Shown: positions 58,450-64,000 of the stretch, piece after piece | How the letters are laid out: each line of letters opens with the position of its first letter | Numbering within the stretch: the stretch's first letter is position 1 | NCBI RefSeq assembly: GCF_009914755.1 | Contig: NC_060933.1 | Strand: one strand, 5' to 3' | DNA length: 64,000 nt | Source: the human T2T-CHM13v2.0 reference genome, Homo sapiens | Program-made: the position numbers and the translations under genes | Notes under the pieces: model-generated | Databases searched by the model: none | Told to the model about the DNA's origin: nothing | The model's input: the letters and a program-made list of their open reading frames with translations, nothing else

Positions 58450-61400
58450 CTTGGGCCCTAGGAAATAGTGATACTGCTATTATTCGAAATATAGAACCAA
58501 TAAAAAATAGTTCAGCAAAAGTATAAGCTATGCCTACGTGTAAAACAGTATTCTTTGTCAAGAGCTTAATTAAAAAATAATGAAACCGGTTATAAAAAAT
58601 TAAACAACGAATGATATTTAAAAGAAGTGGCTGGGCGTGGTGGCTCACACCTGTAATCCCAGCACTTTGGGAGGCCGAGGCAGGTGGATCACAAGGTCAG
58701 GAGATCGAGACCATCCTGGCTAACACGGTGAAACCCCGTCTTTACTAAAAATACAAAAAATTAGCTGGGCGTGGTGGCTTGCGCCTGTAGTCCCAGCTAC
58801 TCGGGAGGCTGAGGCAGGAGAATGGTGTGAACCCAGGAGGCGGAGCTTGCCGAGATCGCGTCACTGCACTCCAGCCTGGGCAATAGAGCGAGATTCCATC
58901 TCAAAAAAAAAAAAAAAAAAAAAAAAAGAGAAGAAGCACTCGCCCTGTATTACCTCCATACTTCTAATAAGGAAGAAAGGTTAATTTAATGAACATGGTT
59001 GACCAATGCATACATTTGGACAAGATTTTATCCACCAATCTTTTTAATTCCTAACCCTTCAACTATTCTGACTTACGACTTTGTTACCATTGTCTGCAAA
59101 GTATTTCTCTGTAATAGATGTGTTCTGCAATTTATTGCCCTTCCTTCTTTCCCCCCTTGGTTCCTTCCTTCCTTTCTTTCTTTTTATTCCTCTAATGGGT
59201 GACTCTAAACTCTTGTTTGCATTTGCTTATGAAAGAGTTCAGTATTTACAGAAAAAAAAAACTGGAAGTGTTTGAGGATTCTTCTACTATTTTCTCTAGT
59301 CATTCACAAAATATAAAATACAATAAAATAAAAAAATCTTCCGCACCAGGAGGATCTATAATTATTCAATATGTGGATGATTCTTAGTAGCCTCAGAAAC
59401 TAGAGAGTAATACAAAATTGATCACTCTGGCTTTGTTACAATTCTTTGCTTCAAAGGTGTACAAAACCCCACTAGACAAGTCACAATATTACAAAACTGA
59501 AGTAAAGTAGTTGAGAAATGAGTTATCAGCTAGAGGCCTTAGTGTGTTAGGTCCAAGAATCAGCTCATTTTGCAGATAAAATGTCCTGCTACAAAAACAA
59601 ACAAACAAAAAACTTAAGCACTTTATGGGACTTGTGTGATATTATAGACAGTAAATTTTAACTTTTGCAGAGTGGTAACATCTCCTATGGAGCAACTGAC
59701 TGATAATTCTCCAGATCCTCTGGTTTGGTCTTTAGAATTTGAAGAGGCTTTTGAACAATTGAAATAGGCTATAGCCTCTCCACCAGGTTTAAAGGTTACA
59801 AATTTGGAAAATCCCAATCTAATTTATTTGATATTCATATTCATATTGCATATTTGATAAGTTATTGATAATACCCCCAGGAAAAATAACATGGCCCAGA
59901 TAAAAGCTTCCTAGTTGTGACTTATAAAACCTGAAAACCTTATGTTTTGTTTAGAATTAAGTCTGCACAAGCAGATGAGTTAATAGCAGTTAGTAAAAAA
60001 GTAATTTTTTAAGACTGGACTTAAAGTAAATATATATTCTAGTAATATATGGTTTATGTCAACGACATGCAAGAGAGGAATTTTTTTAAGAGGGGATTTC
60101 TTTTTATTTCAAAGACAACCAGAGTATCTCTTGGAAAATTGGAAATTGGTAGGTTGTTAGAGGCTTTACAACTGCCTGCTTGGATATCAGTAGTTCATTA
60201 TACAGCTCACGTACTACAGGATGAAATACCTAATGGCAATAATTTTGCTATAGAACTGCAGAAGCTGATAAACTTGGCAAATCCCAAGCTTAGAAATTCA
60301 CCTTTTAATAAAGTAAGGAACATTTATTCATTTTCAAAAATATTTTATACAAACGAAAATGGACAAATGGATGATAAAAGAAGCTAAAAGAAATTTAACT
60401 GGACTATGGAATTTACTAAACAAAATAATTTCTACACCACAGTTCCTATTTGCTTCGTTAGTATTGTTGTGTCGTCAACAACATTATCTGACTATAGGAG
60501 AATTTTGAAGGCAGTAGACTGTTACTAAGCCTGACAAAAAGACAAAATTATTCAAAACATTTAAGAAATGTGTTATGTGTTTGCAGAATTCTTATAAGTT
60601 ATTCCCAAAATAAATCCAGAAAGTTTTTCCTGACCAACTTTACTGGTAATCAGGTGTTAGTCATAAAACTAATCCTTGCAAAAAGTTAGAGATTGTATTA
60701 AGTTCTGGTTGCATGATGCCTGGATGGCTTGAAGTCTTTCCCTCTTTATAAGCCAATAATCAGACAGTGATAGCTTCTCTTAATACATGTAATTCCTGCT
60801 TTTAGGATACCAGAGCACATTGAATAAGACAACGGAAGTCATTTCATTTCTATTATAACTATTATGCAGATGTTTGCAGATTCCTATGATAGTCCTTTGG
60901 ACAAATAGAGCAAATGAATCAAACTAAAAAACAAAATAAACAAATTAATTGGCCAAGAGTCAACCACCTAGTATGTCAAAATGGCCTAGAGCTTTACTAC
61001 TAGCCTCATTAAAAATTAGAGTGATACTCCGAAGCATACATGGGATCTTTCTTTTTAAATTTATGTGTGAGAGTCCCATGAATTCTGGGCTGAGACCATA
61101 TACTATACCTGATTTAATGGAATTCTCTCAGTCACGTTCAAGGTCTTTTCCTTTCCCTAGAATTGAGACAGAGTGATAAGGTTCTGGAAAAAAACAACTG
61201 GGAAAAGTCTGCCAGCTCTATTGAAAAGAAGATTTTGTCTACATAAAACTGTTCTGTAGGATAAAACAGGCTATCATTGGACAGGGCTGGGAGAGATTCT
61301 TTCAAGTGTTAAGTACCCACATAACAAAGTGACAGGGGAGAGAAGGAAGCCAGTGGATTCTTGCTTTCCATATGAAGCTAGCACCTCTGGATCGCTGGAC

Positions 61401-61450
61401 TACGACTCTCACAATGGATTTGAAACCTAAATTTTCTAGAGTAGCTGATA
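58450..61450 (+). pseudogene. pol: Decayed ERV pol (RT, RNase H, integrase)
   Basis: LPLSAKYFSVIDV (59081), SKLLFAFAYE, GSIIIQYVDD (YVDD 59370-59381), PDPLVWSLEFEEAFEQLK*AIASPP (59711), KSAQADELIA (59959), LLEALQLP..VVHYTAH..GNNFA, CVMC (60569), GWLEVFP (60722), IPAFRIPEHIE*DNGSHF, WPRALLLASLKIR. Confidence 0.9.
58629..58927 (+). mobile_element. AluY with a small right-arm deletion, inserted in ERV RT
   Basis: AluY diagnostics gagatcgagaccatcctggctaacacggtg and gcggagcttgc; long poly(A). Confidence 0.97.
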
Positions 61451-61864
61451 TTGGTAGAAAACTAAACCAACTGGAGGTGTTTAATCAAAGATACTGCAAA
61501 TCTTATAGAGATCTTACTGTCCTATTCACAGTTGGATTTTTTCTGCTTTAAAAACCACATTTTACTGGAAAACAAATGGAATTTATTACGTAACATTTTT
61601 GATCCATATTCACAGTAATGATTCCTAAAACTTTATTTCTGTTTAGCTCTAAATTCTAATCTGAATATAAACAGGATCTCAATTTGTAAATTCCAAAACC
61701 TGGTTATTGATAGAAAAAATGTGAGAATCACCTTCATTAATTTTTTTTTAAATAACAAAGTAAATGATAGGCATTTCAATACAAGTGAAGCCCTAAATTT
61801 AACCAAAAAATGTTTTGTTAACAGGTTTGATTGGAAGGATGATATGCTAAAGAAGAAGAAATCT

Positions 61865-62168
61865 GTCCAGGTGCAGTGGCTTATACCTATAATCCCAGCA
61901 CTTTGGGAGGCCGAACCTGGCAGATTGCTTGAGCCTAGGAGTTTGAAACCAGCCTGGGCAACATGGTGAAACCCCATCTTTACCAAAAATACAAAAGTTA
62001 GCCAGGAGTGGTGGCACATGCCTGTTTTTCCAGCTACTCAGGAAGCTGAGGTGTGAGGATGCCTTGAGCCCGGGAGGTCGAGGCTGCAGTGAGCTGTGAT
62101 CACGTCATTTCACTCCAGCCTTGGCAACAGAGTGAGATCCTGTCTTAAAAAAAAAAAAAAAAAAAAAA
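61865..62168 (+). mobile_element. AluJ
   Basis: Dimer with gaggtcgaggctgcagtgagctgtgat; poly(A). Confidence 0.95.
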
Positions 62169-62298
62169 GTCCATCTAATAGAGAAACAGAAGTCTGGCAT
62201 TTATATTCAGAGACTGCCCAAACCAGGTCTAATATCACTATATTCACTTTGGAATGAAAGTTCTCTCCAGTCCCAGCAGATCAATAAAGATATTTGGT

Positions 62299-62795
62299 TG
62301 ACGGTTTCAATCCTATATATTGGGGTCTCCAGTTCTTGCGCCTTCTTTCTGTGTCATCTTGACTGAAAATCACAGAGTGCTTTGATCACTCTGTGACCCA
62401 GTGAGCTACAGGTTTTTCCTGAAGGCTTGAATCCAAACAAGGCCTTGACAATTCATTCCCAGGCACTGATAAAAGTATCTAGGTTGTTGCACAAACATCA
62501 TCCCAGACTCAGCCAAACTCCTTAAACCTTCATATAAACTCCCTACCCTGACCCCCTCACCAGGGACATAACTAGGTAGAGCACCCCTTTTCTCTTTCAG
62601 TCCTTTGTGAGCATTGCTACAGCACTCGGTAAGTTTCCCTAACAAAAGCTTAGGACTGATCCCCCTGGCATTTAGTGCCTCTTGCTTTGGAATCTCAACG
62701 GGCTCCATCTGGGCATGGTTTGGGGCAATCCCGTGTGGAAATCCCTGCCGCCACTTTTGGAGTTACTCCAGCCACGTGTTCAGCCAGACGAAACA
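62299..62795 (+). mobile_element. MER74/MER73-like ERVL solo LTR
   Basis: aaaatcacagagtgctttgatcactctgtgacccag...cattcccaggcactgataaaagtatctaggttgttg...TATA-like tataaa...ctccagccacgtgttcagccagacgaaaca. Confidence 0.7.
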
Positions 62796-63274
62796 GTTTA
62801 ATTATTAATTTAGATTCGATGCAAAAATAAAAAAGCAGAAGAAGCAGCCCATATAGTGGAATAGTTCTACAGGCTTGAAACAATTAGAGCCATATACATT
62901 AAACACTGAAAGTTCAGTCTGTATCTTTCAATGGGTTCCTTATAAGACTTTGATGTTAGATGGTGGCCATGGATGTCTCTGCATATTATATCAGAGGAAA
63001 CTATTTGAAAAGATAGAACAATGACTAAGGGCCTAAATTGTTATATAAATCTGATGATACTCATGTGTTTATTTCTTTTTAGTCTTAATTGCTTCCAAAG
63101 CATTTTGATTGCAATGCAAATATTACTTTTATAATGTATTTTTTTCCAGTAGGAGCATTGACTTGTCCAACCTACCATTTCATCCAGAAGCACAATTTTA
63201 CAAAATTTACATATCCATAGTGATTGTCTCTTTTATGCTATCTTTACTCGTGACACCCTACTTTTATTACCTTA

Positions 63275-63930
63275 AAAAAAAGACAATTTTAGAGCAGTTT
63301 TCAGATTATAGAAAATTGAAAAGTACAAAGCTTCTTCATACCTGTTTTGCTCCCTACAGTTTCCCTCACTATTATATCACTCTTAAAAGTGATATAATAA
63401 TAGTGCAATCATGTATTTTATTTGTTACAGTAGAAGAATCAATACTGTTACATTATTAACTAAATTATATGGTATGCATTCATATTTTCCCTTTGTGTAG
63501 TAAATTCTATGGATTTTGACAAATGCATAATGCCATGTATCCACCATTACAGGGTACAGAATAATTTCATTATCCTAAACATTTCATGTGTTCCACCTGC
63601 CTATCCTTCCTTTTTTCCCCCACAAAACCCTGGCAATAACTCATCTTTAGTTTGATTCTCTCCAGTTTTGCCTTTTTCAGATTGCTACGTATTTGGAATC
63701 ACATTGGATTAGCATGTACCCTGTTGAAATTGACTTCTTTCAGTTAGCAAAATGCATTTAAGTTTCTTTCATGTCTTTTCATTGTTGATAGCCCATTTCT
63801 TTATAAAGGTGAATTTTTTTTTGTATAGATACACCACAGGTTGTTTATCCACTTAGTCATTGATGTGCATTTGGTGATTTTCAGTTTTTGGCAATTACGA
63901 GTAAAGCTCCTATAAACATTTGTTGGAAGG
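63275..63930 (-). mobile_element. L1MC 3' end
   Basis: ttttagagcagttttcagatt...ttctatggattttgacaaatgcataatgccatgtatccaccattacag...ccctggcaataactcatc. Confidence 0.85.
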
Positions 63931-64000
63931 ATAAATTAAAAAAAAACTCCATGAGTAGGCATTTCATATTCAAAGTGTAGAAAGTTAAATACAAAGAAAA

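Noticed and set aside
62299-62795. 3' LTR of the gag-pol provirus
   Set aside because: It resembles an ERVL-class LTR, has no partner upstream of gag and no polypurine tract before it.

Overview
AT-rich primate (human-like) genomic DNA with no recognisable host protein-coding gene. It is an intergenic or deep-intronic window built largely from interspersed repeats: about 16 Alu/FLAM copies, young L1PA and old L1PB/L1M fragments, L2/MIR, many MaLR/ERV LTRs and Tigger/hAT DNA transposons. The ORF track is accounted for by L1, Alu, LTR/ERV or low-complexity sequence. The main observations are: (1) a heavily decayed ~5 kb class-I (gamma/epsilon-like) endogenous retrovirus gag-pro-pol body at ~56.3-61.5 kb, recognisable only by translated motifs (Gag MHR, protease, RT YVDD, RNase H, integrase) and without an obvious LTR pair; (2) a decayed 28S rRNA retrocopy starting at the mature 5' end (19820-20139); (3) a near full-length old L1 inserted in a Tigger transposon, carrying extra non-L1 5' sequence inside its target-site duplication (TSD), a shortened 5'UTR and an internal inversion; (4) two triple-nested TE stacks with intact TSDs; (5) a textbook twin-primed L1. 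Subfamily names come from recalled consensus sequences, not database searches, and boundaries of old repeats are approximate.
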